64,000 nucleotides of DNA from a virus (taxonomy: Duplodnaviria > Caudoviricetes): IMG/VR virus record IMGVR_UViG_3300048881_000780; one strand, given 5' to 3'. Each line of letters starts with the position of its first letter. Within the stretch, counting starts at the first letter, position 1. Under the pieces are notes generated by a model. It had not been told where the DNA came from. It ran no database searches and saw only the letters and a list, made by a program, of their open reading frames with translations. The position numbers and the translations under genes were made by a program. This document shows positions 29,711-38,511 of this stretch, in pieces.

Positions 29711-29900
29711 AGAAGAAGCTCTTTGTGAGGCATTCTATCTAATGAGACTAACTATTAATAATATTAACGATTGTGAAGATCTACTTTCCAAAGAAATGAA
29801 AAGACTTCTTTTAGACAATAAGGATAGTTATGCTTACAAAGAATCACTAAAAATGGCAAATGATAGAGATTTTCCTCTAATCGATGAAGCATTAATTTAA
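29691..29900 (+). CDS. hypothetical protein
   Basis: Operon member. Confidence 0.5.
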   Translation: MTKMKNKEEALCEAFYLMRLTINNINDCEDLLSKEMKRLLLDNKDSYAYKESLKMANDRDFPLIDEALI

Positions 29901-29909
29901 GGACTTAAT

Positions 29910-30260
29910 ATGAATGAAGATAATACTTTTAAAATGATCACACAAGCAAGTGATGCCCTGGCAGTTTCTCCTACTGTGATACATGATTTATTAGGTTTTG
30001 ACGCTGCAACTAGTGAAGAGGTAGCAAATAAGAGAGTTAGAATACTTAAGTATGTTCTAAGTATGTTTAACCGCTTTGAAAGCGCCGAAGCAAAGTACTA
30101 TGGATTAACTCATGCATATTATAAGATTGATGAAAGTGCAGAATTTGCTGACTCATTTCATTCCTTACTTATTCAAAACGATGATCTACCAAATGAGATA
30201 TTTTGGTTAGCTACCAGTAAGGCCCTAGAGTTTTACCATGCCAACATAAGGAGTTCTTAA
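29910..30260 (+). CDS. hypothetical protein
   Basis: Operon member. Confidence 0.6.
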   Translation: MNEDNTFKMITQASDALAVSPTVIHDLLGFDAATSEEVANKRVRILKYVLSMFNRFESAEAKYYGLTHAYYKIDESAEFADSFHSLLIQNDDLPNEIFWLATSKALEFYHANIRSS

Positions 30261-30694
30261 TGAGTTTGTTTTGTATCATAGATTTCAATAACCAAAAACT
30301 ACCCAAGAAAGTTCAGGTTAAAGTTGATGAAATAAACTATATAATTGATGACTTAATTAATACATCGATAGATATAAAATGTAAGAAAGTGCGAATTGCA
30401 AGGGTCCAAGATCTAAGAAACCTTAGGATAGAGTTAAAGGAAATTAGGGATCGAGATATTAAAGAGTGGGAAGACCGAACTTTAAAAGTAGCTAAGAAGA
30501 AATGGCCTAAAGCTCATATTTATTCATATCGATTCTTTGATACGGCATGGGAAGCTTCAGCCTATAAAATTAAAGAGGGAAGAAAAGAGAAAACCATCTT
30601 TCATCATTATCACAGAAGTTTAGTTGATACCCTGAGACGATTAAGGACCATGGAAAATCATATGAGAGACAGAAGGTATAAGTTACCTCGATAG
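30260..30694 (+). CDS. hypothetical basic protein
   Basis: TAATG coupled. Confidence 0.6.
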   Translation: MSLFCIIDFNNQKLPKKVQVKVDEINYIIDDLINTSIDIKCKKVRIARVQDLRNLRIELKEIRDRDIKEWEDRTLKVAKKKWPKAHIYSYRFFDTAWEASAYKIKEGRKEKTIFHHYHRSLVDTLRRLRTMENHMRDRRYKLPR

Positions 30695-30703
30695 GAGTGT
30701 TAA

Positions 30704-31093
30704 ATGAAGTATTCTGGAGAACTAACAATTCACTTTGAACAAGGTTGTGGTTCATGGCCTCAATTTCATGATGACAGAGGTCTGAATGGAGAGAATAATG
30801 AATTTTGGAGCTGGGACCATACTATAAACTTCATAGGTAAGCTCTTTTTTAGTAATATCAAAATCTACGATAATGATTCCAATGTCGTTTACGATGGGCC
30901 TATGACATTTAGTAAGAGTATTCACAGAAAGAATATTATTAAGATGAAGGAAAGTGATTCGGAATTCAAATTAACTAGTTGGGATTTTTACTCTCCTACA
31001 GAATTACATCCCCTTACCTGGAAAGAATATTGTATAAAAAAGTATAGATGTGAAATTGAAACAGATTTAGTAATCGATGCATTTAAAAATTAG
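30704..31093 (+). CDS. hypothetical protein
   Basis: AGGAG RBS. Confidence 0.65.
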   Translation: MKYSGELTIHFEQGCGSWPQFHDDRGLNGENNEFWSWDHTINFIGKLFFSNIKIYDNDSNVVYDGPMTFSKSIHRKNIIKMKESDSEFKLTSWDFYSPTELHPLTWKEYCIKKYRCEIETDLVIDAFKN

Positions 31094-31142
31094 TTAGATA
31101 TTCTTTTATTTCTCTACTTACTCTCTCGATTAATAATTTAAT

Positions 31143-31580
31143 TTAACCGAAGTCATTTAAGAATTCTTCAATTTCTGATACTTTGTTCCACTTAATATCA
31201 ATACCCAAAAGATCCGATGTTACAAAGAATCCTCCCATATCAACCACAAATGAGTATGCACTTTTTCTTTTGAAAATTGAATAATCGCTATCTAATTTAA
31301 TCAGATCTCTAGTTTGTCTACTCGTTTCAAGAACCCCATGTTTAATATCATTTAAGAATAATTCATTTTTCTGTAATACTTCTTTATTGATATTATCTAA
31401 TAACTCTTGAGATCCGATTATTTGAAAATTTATTTTCAATAACTTTTTCCCTATATGTGCACATAATCTGTAAACAGGTTTGTGGTGTCCTCCGTAACAA
31501 TAGGACATATAAGCAAAGTCACTATTGCTTCCCTTAATATAACCTGGATATAAATTGAACTCTTCTTTAGTTATTATCAA
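31143..31580 (-). CDS. LYPGYxKG-family protein (subtype b, copy 1)
   Basis: IITKEEFNLYPGYIKG...VSEIEEFL; probable TTG start at 31580. Confidence 0.7.
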   Translation of the reverse strand: MIITKEEFNLYPGYIKGSNSDFAYMSYCYGGHHKPVYRLCAHIGKKLLKINFQIIGSQELLDNINKEVLQKNELFLNDIKHGVLETSRQTRDLIKLDSDYSIFKRKSAYSFVVDMGGFFVTSDLLGIDIKWNKVSEIEEFLNDFG

Positions 31581-32085
31581 TAAAACCATCTTTCTTTAAC
31601 TCACTCTCTAGGTAATTAAAATACTTCTGAGCATTATCAGTATTTCTAAAGTAATTATCGACTTCCCCGACACTACTCCAAGTAGAAGATAGCGTAAAAT
31701 CTGATTGCCAGCCAACATTCTTTCCATTTACGATAATTTTACCTTGATACCAAGCTTCACAAATCAAGAAGTTATCCACGTCAGATAGCAAATCAGCAAA
31801 ATCGTATGCTTCTTGTCTAGCGGTACATTTACATTCTCTTATATTTGAGAGCGTGCGAGAGTAGTCATCTTCAACTTCCCTCGGCAGAGCATCTGAAACT
31901 ATTTGCTCTCCATGAGAGTAGAACTCAACTCTGTAAGATACCTTGCCCGCTTGGTAGTTAACAGCGTAAACATACTTTGAAGTGTTTTTTCCAATGCCAA
32001 AGGATCTTGCAATAGCAGGCCTATCTGTAGATGATCCTTTTTGGTAACCTGGATATAAATTAGGTATTTCTTCGTATATTATCAT
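31567..32085 (-). CDS. LYPGYxKG-family protein (subtype a, copy 1)
   Basis: PNLYPGYQKGSSTD...NIRECKC. Confidence 0.75.
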   Translation of the reverse strand: MIIYEEIPNLYPGYQKGSSTDRPAIARSFGIGKNTSKYVYAVNYQAGKVSYRVEFYSHGEQIVSDALPREVEDDYSRTLSNIRECKCTARQEAYDFADLLSDVDNFLICEAWYQGKIIVNGKNVGWQSDFTLSSTWSSVGEVDNYFRNTDNAQKYFNYLESELKKDGFIDNN

Positions 32086-32092
32086 TATTAAC

Positions 32093-32584
32093 CTATATAT
32101 CTAGGGCCTTAAGCCAGGAGTTAGTTATTTTATCCTTATTTAAACTTTCCAGAGCTTTTCTAACCATCATTTTTCTTTGAGAGAAAAACAGCTCCTTTTC
32201 TTGTTTAAGTGTTAGATTATTAGGAATTTTCCCTTCTATGAGTCCATGAACCATTTCATGACTTAAGGTTATGAGTTTAGTATCTTTAACTATTTCGCAA
32301 TTAAAATTAGTGAAACATAGTACTTCGTGACGAGTAGAAAGTGCCAATAACTCCTTTATGGGGAGAAACTTTGTAAACTTCTCTTTGTTTAAAGTTTTTA
32401 AATACTTTATAGACTCTAATAGTTTTTCAATATTTAGTGGGTGTCCCTCTATGAATCTTATCTCGATATCATTGTTAAAATGATCATTTATAATTTTAGA
32501 TGCTTCTAAGCGGGATTCCTCTGTATCAAAGTAGATATCACCAATAACATCTCTTTTTGATTTATGTTTTAATAATGAATCCAC
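32093..32584 (-). CDS. hypothetical protein with NxW tail (paralog of 33620-34066)
   Basis: ASKIINDH...LPIKELL; ends NSWLKALDI. Confidence 0.7.
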   Translation of the reverse strand: MDSLLKHKSKRDVIGDIYFDTEESRLEASKIINDHFNNDIEIRFIEGHPLNIEKLLESIKYLKTLNKEKFTKFLPIKELLALSTRHEVLCFTNFNCEIVKDTKLITLSHEMVHGLIEGKIPNNLTLKQEKELFFSQRKMMVRKALESLNKDKITNSWLKALDI

Positions 32585-32616
32585 CTTCTCTCCCGTATCT
32601 AAGAAGTTACTACTAA

Positions 32617-33123
32617 TTAAAAATCTTTTAGAAACCCAGATTGCCTCTCTTCAATCTCTTTAATAAATCTATGTGCTCTATCTTCTTGATTAAAGAAATC
32701 TTCTATTTCTTTAACACTAGAAAATCTATACCTTATATCATCCATTTGTAATTGTTTTGCCGTTAAGTAGAAACCTCGTAAAACAACGGCCTGAAGCATA
32801 TACTTTGAAGCTGTTTGAAAAATGCATTTACTACTATCAAGTTCTAATATTTTTAAAGTATCTTCTTTCGTGCTACAAGATTCATTCTTGATATTATTAA
32901 GCAACTTATGATGCTCGCTTTCAACTCTGTCGTATATAGTTTCTCTTAATCTTTGCTCTCTTTCTGCACTGAACTCAATGATAACTTCTTCATTGTTAAG
33001 ATTTGTTAAAACTGTAAAAACAGGTTTAGTCACTCCGTGGGCCTTTGCAAATATGGCATTATCTAACTTAGTCCCTTTTTCATAACCAGGGTATAAATCT
33101 GTGAATTCTTTTGTAATAATCAC
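32617..33123 (-). CDS. LYPGYxKG-family protein (subtype b, copy 2)
   Basis: IITKEFTDLYPGYEKG...VKEIEDFF. Confidence 0.75.
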   Translation of the reverse strand: MIITKEFTDLYPGYEKGTKLDNAIFAKAHGVTKPVFTVLTNLNNEEVIIEFSAEREQRLRETIYDRVESEHHKLLNNIKNESCSTKEDTLKILELDSSKCIFQTASKYMLQAVVLRGFYLTAKQLQMDDIRYRFSSVKEIEDFFNQEDRAHRFIKEIEERQSGFLKDF

Positions 33124-33611
33124 TCTAAATCCTCTAAGAATTGAAAGTATGAAAGGGCATTATCTTTATTTTGAAAATATTCTTCAATTTCTGCAATACT
33201 ACCCCAAACTCCCTCGAGCCCCAGATCACTTTCGTATCCATGATCTTCGTCATTTATAGTTACTTTTCCTTGAAACCATGAGTTCATAGAAAATAAATCA
33301 TCGCAATTATTAATTAATTCAACTAATTCACTAGTATCTTTAATGGAATTGCATTTTCACTTTCTAGCATTAGATAGAGTATTAGAGAATCTATCCTCTA
33401 CTTCTTCATCTAGATAATTACTTATTCTCTGCTCTCCAGAAGAAAAGAACTTAACTTCATAGGTATTTTCACCGAAGTTAGCACTTACTGAACAAACGTG
33501 GTTAACTCCGTCATCAAAGTATCCACAACATCTAGTTATGACATCGCTATCAGTGGGAGTCCCCTTTTTAAAACCTGGATATAGATCCTTCTTATATTTA
33601 AAAATAATCAT
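33120..33611 (-). pseudogene. LYPGYxKG-family gene (subtype a, copy 2) interrupted by one in-frame TGA
   Basis: TGA at 33357-33359; the frame continues for 78 codons, aligns with 31567-32085, and ends at a TGA overlapping the next GTG. Confidence 0.75.
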
Positions 33612-33619
33612 ATCTATTC

Positions 33620-34066
33620 CTATTTTAAAGACTCTAGCCAACTATTGTGAACCTGAATGATTTTAAACTTTCTTTTTAGATCTCTCTTATCGAAGTGGTG
33701 CCATAATTCGATGGCCTTATCCCCATGACGCTCCATCATTTTTAAAGTCCCATTAGCGAGGTATACCTTTTTATTGTAGATATAACCTAGTGGATCCGTT
33801 AATTTTATTGGAAACCAGGTCAATTCACTTTTTACTGAGAACTCCAATAATTTTCTTATTGGTAAAGTTAATAATTTCTCATCATTAGCGTCCATATGAG
33901 AAAGTAGTGATACTAATTTTGTAATATCTAGCGATTGATGCTCTAGAAAAGTTAATCCAATTTCTAGATGATCTCTAATTATCTCACTAGCTCTATCTAG
34001 ATCTTCAATATTGGAATATTGAATAATTCCACCCCAATGAGCTTTCTTTGGTATTTCTTTTTTCAT
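33620..34066 (-). CDS. hypothetical protein with NxW tail (paralog of 32093-32584)
   Basis: ASEIIRDH...LPIRKLL; ends NSWLESLK. Confidence 0.7.
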   Translation of the reverse strand: MKKEIPKKAHWGGIIQYSNIEDLDRASEIIRDHLEIGLTFLEHQSLDITKLVSLLSHMDANDEKLLTLPIRKLLEFSVKSELTWFPIKLTDPLGYIYNKKVYLANGTLKMMERHGDKAIELWHHFDKRDLKRKFKIIQVHNSWLESLK

Positions 34067-34073
34067 AATTATA

Positions 34074-34304
34074 TTAAGAAATTACTACCATCTTAGAGAT
34101 TTCGCGATCTTCATCTTCGCTCTCTTCAATGATCTTATTCACTTGTAGAGTAGACAATACTTTTAGTATCATACTTTTAGTATCAATTTCTTCAATCTCA
34201 GAAACTACTTCTGAGCGACCATAATCGCCATAATTGTAAGAAAATCCGATTTCCGCCTCTTGATCTTCTCTTAGAAGCATTTCTACTAATTCTTTAACTT
34301 TCAT
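34074..34304 (-). CDS. small phage-type hypothetical protein
   Basis: MKVKELVEML...YNYGDY. Confidence 0.65.
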   Translation of the reverse strand: MKVKELVEMLLREDQEAEIGFSYNYGDYGRSEVVSEIEEIDTKSMILKVLSTLQVNKIIEESEDEDREISKMVVIS

Positions 34305-34343
34305 TAATACCTCGCTTATTCAAATTATATACTAATTTAAGAC

Positions 34344-34360
34344 ATAACACAATACGTTAA
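34344..34360. promoter_or_regulatory. palindrome between divergent genes
   Basis: ATAACACAATACGTTAA. Confidence 0.6.
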
Positions 34361-34401
34361 AAATACTTTTAATAGTTCTATCCTGTTGATATTATTTCTA
34401 T

Positions 34402-35394
34402 ATGTCAAAAAAAGATAAAAGAGCTATCTATAACTTAGAATTAGTCAAAAAAGTGGCCGATAAATGTACCACTATATGTGAATTTAGGACAAGTTATCCA
34501 GGTCACTATAATTGGGCCCAAAGAAAAGGTCACTTAAAGATTGTTTGTAAAAATTTATTAAGTACAAGATTTAAAACAAAAGAATGGTCTCTACCAGCTG
34601 TTAAAAAAGAAGCTAAAAAGTATAAATCTAAAGTAGACTTTGTTAAATATTCTAGTGGTGCTTACTATTGGGCCACAAAAAATGGAAAAATAGATGAAGT
34701 TTGCAGTCATTTTAAAACTAATAATATTAAATGGAATTTAGAAATGGCTAAAGAAATTGCATCTAAGTATAAAAGCTTTAAAGATTTCAGAGAGCATGAA
34801 CCAAAGTGTTTTTCATATTTTAGAAGAAAACACCCCGAAATTCTTAAATACTTTAATAAGAATGAAAATCTTTGGAATATAGAGTCTTTAAAACTTGAGG
34901 CCCAGAAGTATTCAACCAGGTTTCAGTTTCAAAAATGTGCCGGAGGTGCTTATAACTACGCAAGAAGAAAGGGGGTATTAGAAGAAGTTTGTGATCATAT
35001 GGAAAGAGTCGTGCAATATCGAGAGTCAAAATTTGGAGATCGACTTAGTGATAAGATCAAATCTAAACTGAATTCATTAGGTATTAATTTTAAATTACAT
35101 AGAGAATACCATACTAGTGATGGTAAATCAGGTAGAATTGATTTTCTATTAGAACTAGAGAACATTTTAATTCCAATTGAGGTTAAACACGATGATAGCT
35201 CATGGAGTGAACTGGAAATAAAGAGACAGTTAAAAAAGTATGACAATTATTTTCACAATGCGAGAGAAATGGTCACTCTTAAAACAATACTAGTTTCCCC
35301 TTTTGGAAGGTATGGAATACCTGAAGATGTCTTCTTGGGTCAATTGGTTGATATATGTAAGAGCAACCTCTCTGAATTTAGAGAGGCCTGTTAA
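34402..35394 (+). CDS. repeat-domain + PD-(D/E)XK nuclease (homing-endonuclease-like)
   Basis: Four W..E....EA.KY....F repeats, then GRIDFLL...IPIEVK. Confidence 0.7.
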   Translation: MSKKDKRAIYNLELVKKVADKCTTICEFRTSYPGHYNWAQRKGHLKIVCKNLLSTRFKTKEWSLPAVKKEAKKYKSKVDFVKYSSGAYYWATKNGKIDEVCSHFKTNNIKWNLEMAKEIASKYKSFKDFREHEPKCFSYFRRKHPEILKYFNKNENLWNIESLKLEAQKYSTRFQFQKCAGGAYNYARRKGVLEEVCDHMERVVQYRESKFGDRLSDKIKSKLNSLGINFKLHREYHTSDGKSGRIDFLLELENILIPIEVKHDDSSWSELEIKRQLKKYDNYFHNAREMVTLKTILVSPFGRYGIPEDVFLGQLVDICKSNLSEFREAC

Positions 35395-35395
35395 T

Positions 35396-37219
35396 TCAGG
35401 GGGGATTATAATAGGGTCTAACATAGTAAATATATGGAGTATCACTGCGGGGAACAACTTTTAAATAGAAGATTGAACCGTCTCCATCGGTGACTTTAAA
35501 TGTAGACTGACAACCTTGGGAATTAGGTCTTCTCTTGTAAATAAATACACCTCCACCAGCGGTATAACTTTTAAATTCAAGACATTTATTAGTTTGCACG
35601 ACACTAAGTTCACCATTTGAGTAGTTAGCTGTTATTGTCGCTAACCTCGTGGTCGTACTATATTGATTAAGTGGTTCGTGAGCTATTATTGCTCTAATGT
35701 GATTTATTGGGTAAGTATCAGCGTTATCACCAGATTCATCACCATCACTATCTTTAGATTCACTAGCATTGTCTGGAAAAGCATCTTCAGAATCTTTTAC
35801 ACCATCTTTATCTCTATCGTAGGCGATATTTGGATTATTTGGGTGATCATCTCTATTATCACCTACTCCATCACCATCACTATCTTTGGATTCACTGGCA
35901 TCATCTGGAAAAGCGTCACTATTATCACCTACTCCGTCTCCATCTCTATCTGTGCTATCATTAGCGTTATTTGGAAATAAATCACTCTTATCACCTACTC
36001 CGTCACCGTCGCTATCTTTGGACTCTCTAAAATCAAGCGGAAAAGCATCTTTTGAATCAACTACCCCATCATTATCATCATCGTCATCAGTTAAGTTCCC
36101 AATACCATCTTTATCTGTATCAATGTAATCACTGGGATCATTGGGCATCTTATCATCTTGGTCTTTTACTCCATCACTGTCGTTATCGTGATCTAGTTTT
36201 ACAAAACCAGTACAAATGGTTTTCTTTTTGCCATTACAATTATCTTCAATGGCCCATAGAGCGTTTTCAAAACCTAGGTATCCCTGGAGAGATCTCAGAC
36301 CCTTGTTGATAATATTTATATAAGTTAGCTCTAGATTAATGCTAAGGCCCGTGATAGAAAATATTGGTTCACTGCCACATTCGCTTAAAGTATCTTTGTG
36401 ACCAGGTAGGTTACCTCTAACAAAGAAACTCTTTTGATAAACTGGACCAGTTGCAAAATGAGGCGGATTCATATTTCTTTGAGCACTTGAGTGACTCTCA
36501 TTAACTTTTAAATCAATACTTTTAACGATCTTAGAGTTAAGGGCCTCAATTTTATTACCTCTTTTAATATCAAGCACTAATTTACCTAAATCTGAACACT
36601 TCTCAACACTAGAAGTTAACTCTCCACTATAAGTAGCGAAGGTAGTATTGTGTTTTATAAAATATAGTTCTGTTTCACTTTGTTTTATGATGATATTTCT
36701 ACCAAAATTATTAGAGAGAAAACTTGTGAGATTAAAGCTAGTTGTATTCTTATAATCAGAATCCAGAGGGCTTTGAGTCTTTACTAGTTTTATCCCATTA
36801 CTTGGATCTACATCCTCATCCAGATTTAGTAGCAACATTAAAAGACCAATATAAGTACTTCCTGCATGAGTGACATACATTTTGTGTGATATGAAATTCT
36901 CTACTTCTCTACAGGTGCTCTCATATATAAGTTTGTGTGAAATAAAGAACTTAACTTGATATCCAAGATGACACTTAAATTGTCCATTAGCGTCTGTTGT
37001 TCCAGTTGTGTAACTTGTTGGACTAAAGGCCTTGTAATTTAAATTGGCCACTCCACCGTAAATAGTAGAGGAGATAATCTCATCTCCGTGCTTTTTGGGA
37101 AGTTCTATATTTTGATTAATTTCATTGGTGCTTCCTCCAGCAGATGAATCTTCTCCGCCTCCGCCACCACCGCAGGCAGTAATCAAAGATAACAAAATCA
37201 GCGTGTAGACAAATTTCAT
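35396..37219 (-). CDS. lipoprotein with thrombospondin type 3 (DxDxDG) Ca-binding repeats
   Basis: Lipobox LITA-C followed by poly-G; repeated DSDGDGVGDNSDAFP. Confidence 0.85.
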   Translation of the reverse strand: MKFVYTLILLSLITACGGGGGGEDSSAGGSTNEINQNIELPKKHGDEIISSTIYGGVANLNYKAFSPTSYTTGTTDANGQFKCHLGYQVKFFISHKLIYESTCREVENFISHKMYVTHAGSTYIGLLMLLLNLDEDVDPSNGIKLVKTQSPLDSDYKNTTSFNLTSFLSNNFGRNIIIKQSETELYFIKHNTTFATYSGELTSSVEKCSDLGKLVLDIKRGNKIEALNSKIVKSIDLKVNESHSSAQRNMNPPHFATGPVYQKSFFVRGNLPGHKDTLSECGSEPIFSITGLSINLELTYINIINKGLRSLQGYLGFENALWAIEDNCNGKKKTICTGFVKLDHDNDSDGVKDQDDKMPNDPSDYIDTDKDGIGNLTDDDDDNDGVVDSKDAFPLDFRESKDSDGDGVGDKSDLFPNNANDSTDRDGDGVGDNSDAFPDDASESKDSDGDGVGDNRDDHPNNPNIAYDRDKDGVKDSEDAFPDNASESKDSDGDESGDNADTYPINHIRAIIAHEPLNQYSTTTRLATITANYSNGELSVVQTNKCLEFKSYTAGGGVFIYKRRPNSQGCQSTFKVTDGDGSIFYLKVVPRSDTPYIYYVRPYYNPP

Positions 37220-37427
37220 GGGAACACCTTTTTTATTTATAACTCTATTGTAGCTCCCTATATTAGTCACCTCAAGAAAGAGTACTAGAGTCTAATAATA
37301 TGAAGAGTTTAATAGAGCTAAATAAGTCTAAGGTAAGTGAGAGTTAATAGAAAATTCTAATAGTTATAAAGTATAAATTCACAGAATTTACGGAAATACG
37401 CCTCTATTTTTTGGCATTTATAGATTT

Positions 37428-37994
37428 TTATTCTAAGTGTTCCTTAAGTAATTCTTTAAAGCCATCTTTATCTAGATGCAAACAGTGAATCATCTCGTTA
37501 CTGCTCTCTTTATTAAGGAATATGAAATCGTTTTTAAGATAGAAGTTATCAAGAAGTTCTTTCTTTTTATCTAGCTCTTTCTCGTTCTTATATTGTTCGG
37601 TTGGAGAGGATTTAAGACAGATATAGTCGCAATTAAATAAATAGGCATACTTCTTTAATTCATCAAGGGCCATAGAGGCAATGCCATTGTCTCTAAAGGA
37701 TTCTTTAATGAATAGATCTGATATAATGAGAATTTTAATATCATATTCATCGTATTCTCGTTTAAAGTATGCCCAAGTAAATTCGCAAAATGTCGAAGAA
37801 TCATGATCCATAATTTCAAATAGCTCTATATCACTGGAATTTACAAGTATTCCTTTCATTTCTCCAGCATCTAGCACTTTATCATCTTCATTCATGACCG
37901 AAATATCCATATTAAAGTATTGAAAGGTAGAAAAGTCGTAACCATCTTGGTTGGGAGTAAATGTTAATTTTGGTATAATCTCAAATTTCTTCAT
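37428..37994 (-). CDS. GNAT-family acetyltransferase-like protein
   Basis: LFIKESFRDNGIASMAL acetyl-CoA motif; NFYLKNDF. Confidence 0.7.
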   Translation of the reverse strand: MKKFEIIPKLTFTPNQDGYDFSTFQYFNMDISVMNEDDKVLDAGEMKGILVNSSDIELFEIMDHDSSTFCEFTWAYFKREYDEYDIKILIISDLFIKESFRDNGIASMALDELKKYAYLFNCDYICLKSSPTEQYKNEKELDKKKELLDNFYLKNDFIFLNKESSNEMIHCLHLDKDGFKELLKEHLE

Positions 37995-38004
37995 ATCCTC
38001 TCCA

Positions 38005-38421
38005 TTAAAAAGTACCCATTAAAATCATAAACATAAGAGCATCTTCGGCCTCCTTGGCCTCTAGCTCTTCTTTTTTAAATTTCTCTTTTGCTCTTATTAC
38101 ATCTTCTCTTGTATAGATATACTTTTTATAAATTACATCAACTGGTTCCATTACCATTTCTTGGTTTTTCTCATAAATTACACTAATCTTCTCAATCTCA
38201 CAGGGACCATCTAGATCTAGATGCTCGCAACTATTTTTATCATCTCTATATACGTAAAATAACCCATCTTTAAATGACACTAATTCTACATTTGTTGCGA
38301 TCTTTCTACCCTCGCAGGAGAGATTATAGGAAATGTGCTCATCTGAGAATGTATCTATGTACATTTTCCAATAGAGACCGCTAATAAATGCAAAAAACAC
38401 CAAAACAAATAATTTTCTCAT
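38005..38421 (-). CDS. membrane-anchored hypothetical protein
   Basis: N-terminal TM helix. Confidence 0.55.
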   Translation of the reverse strand: MRKLFVLVFFAFISGLYWKMYIDTFSDEHISYNLSCEGRKIATNVELVSFKDGLFYVYRDDKNSCEHLDLDGPCEIEKISVIYEKNQEMVMEPVDVIYKKYIYTREDVIRAKEKFKKEELEAKEAEDALMFMILMGTF

Positions 38422-38463
38422 AAATTCATTATCGCACAATATCAAAAAACAATAAAGTAAATA

Positions 38464-38480
38464 TTGACACAATCCGTTAA
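38464..38480 (+). promoter_or_regulatory. palindrome/-35
   Basis: TTGACACAATCCGTTAA, 17 bp to CATAAT. Confidence 0.75.
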
Positions 38481-38511
38481 ATAATGCATAATAAATGCAT
38501 AGGGGAAAACC

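Noticed and set aside
35720-36190. DNA-level repeats (TTATCACCTACTCC etc.)
   Set aside because: Explained by the protein's thrombospondin type 3 repeats
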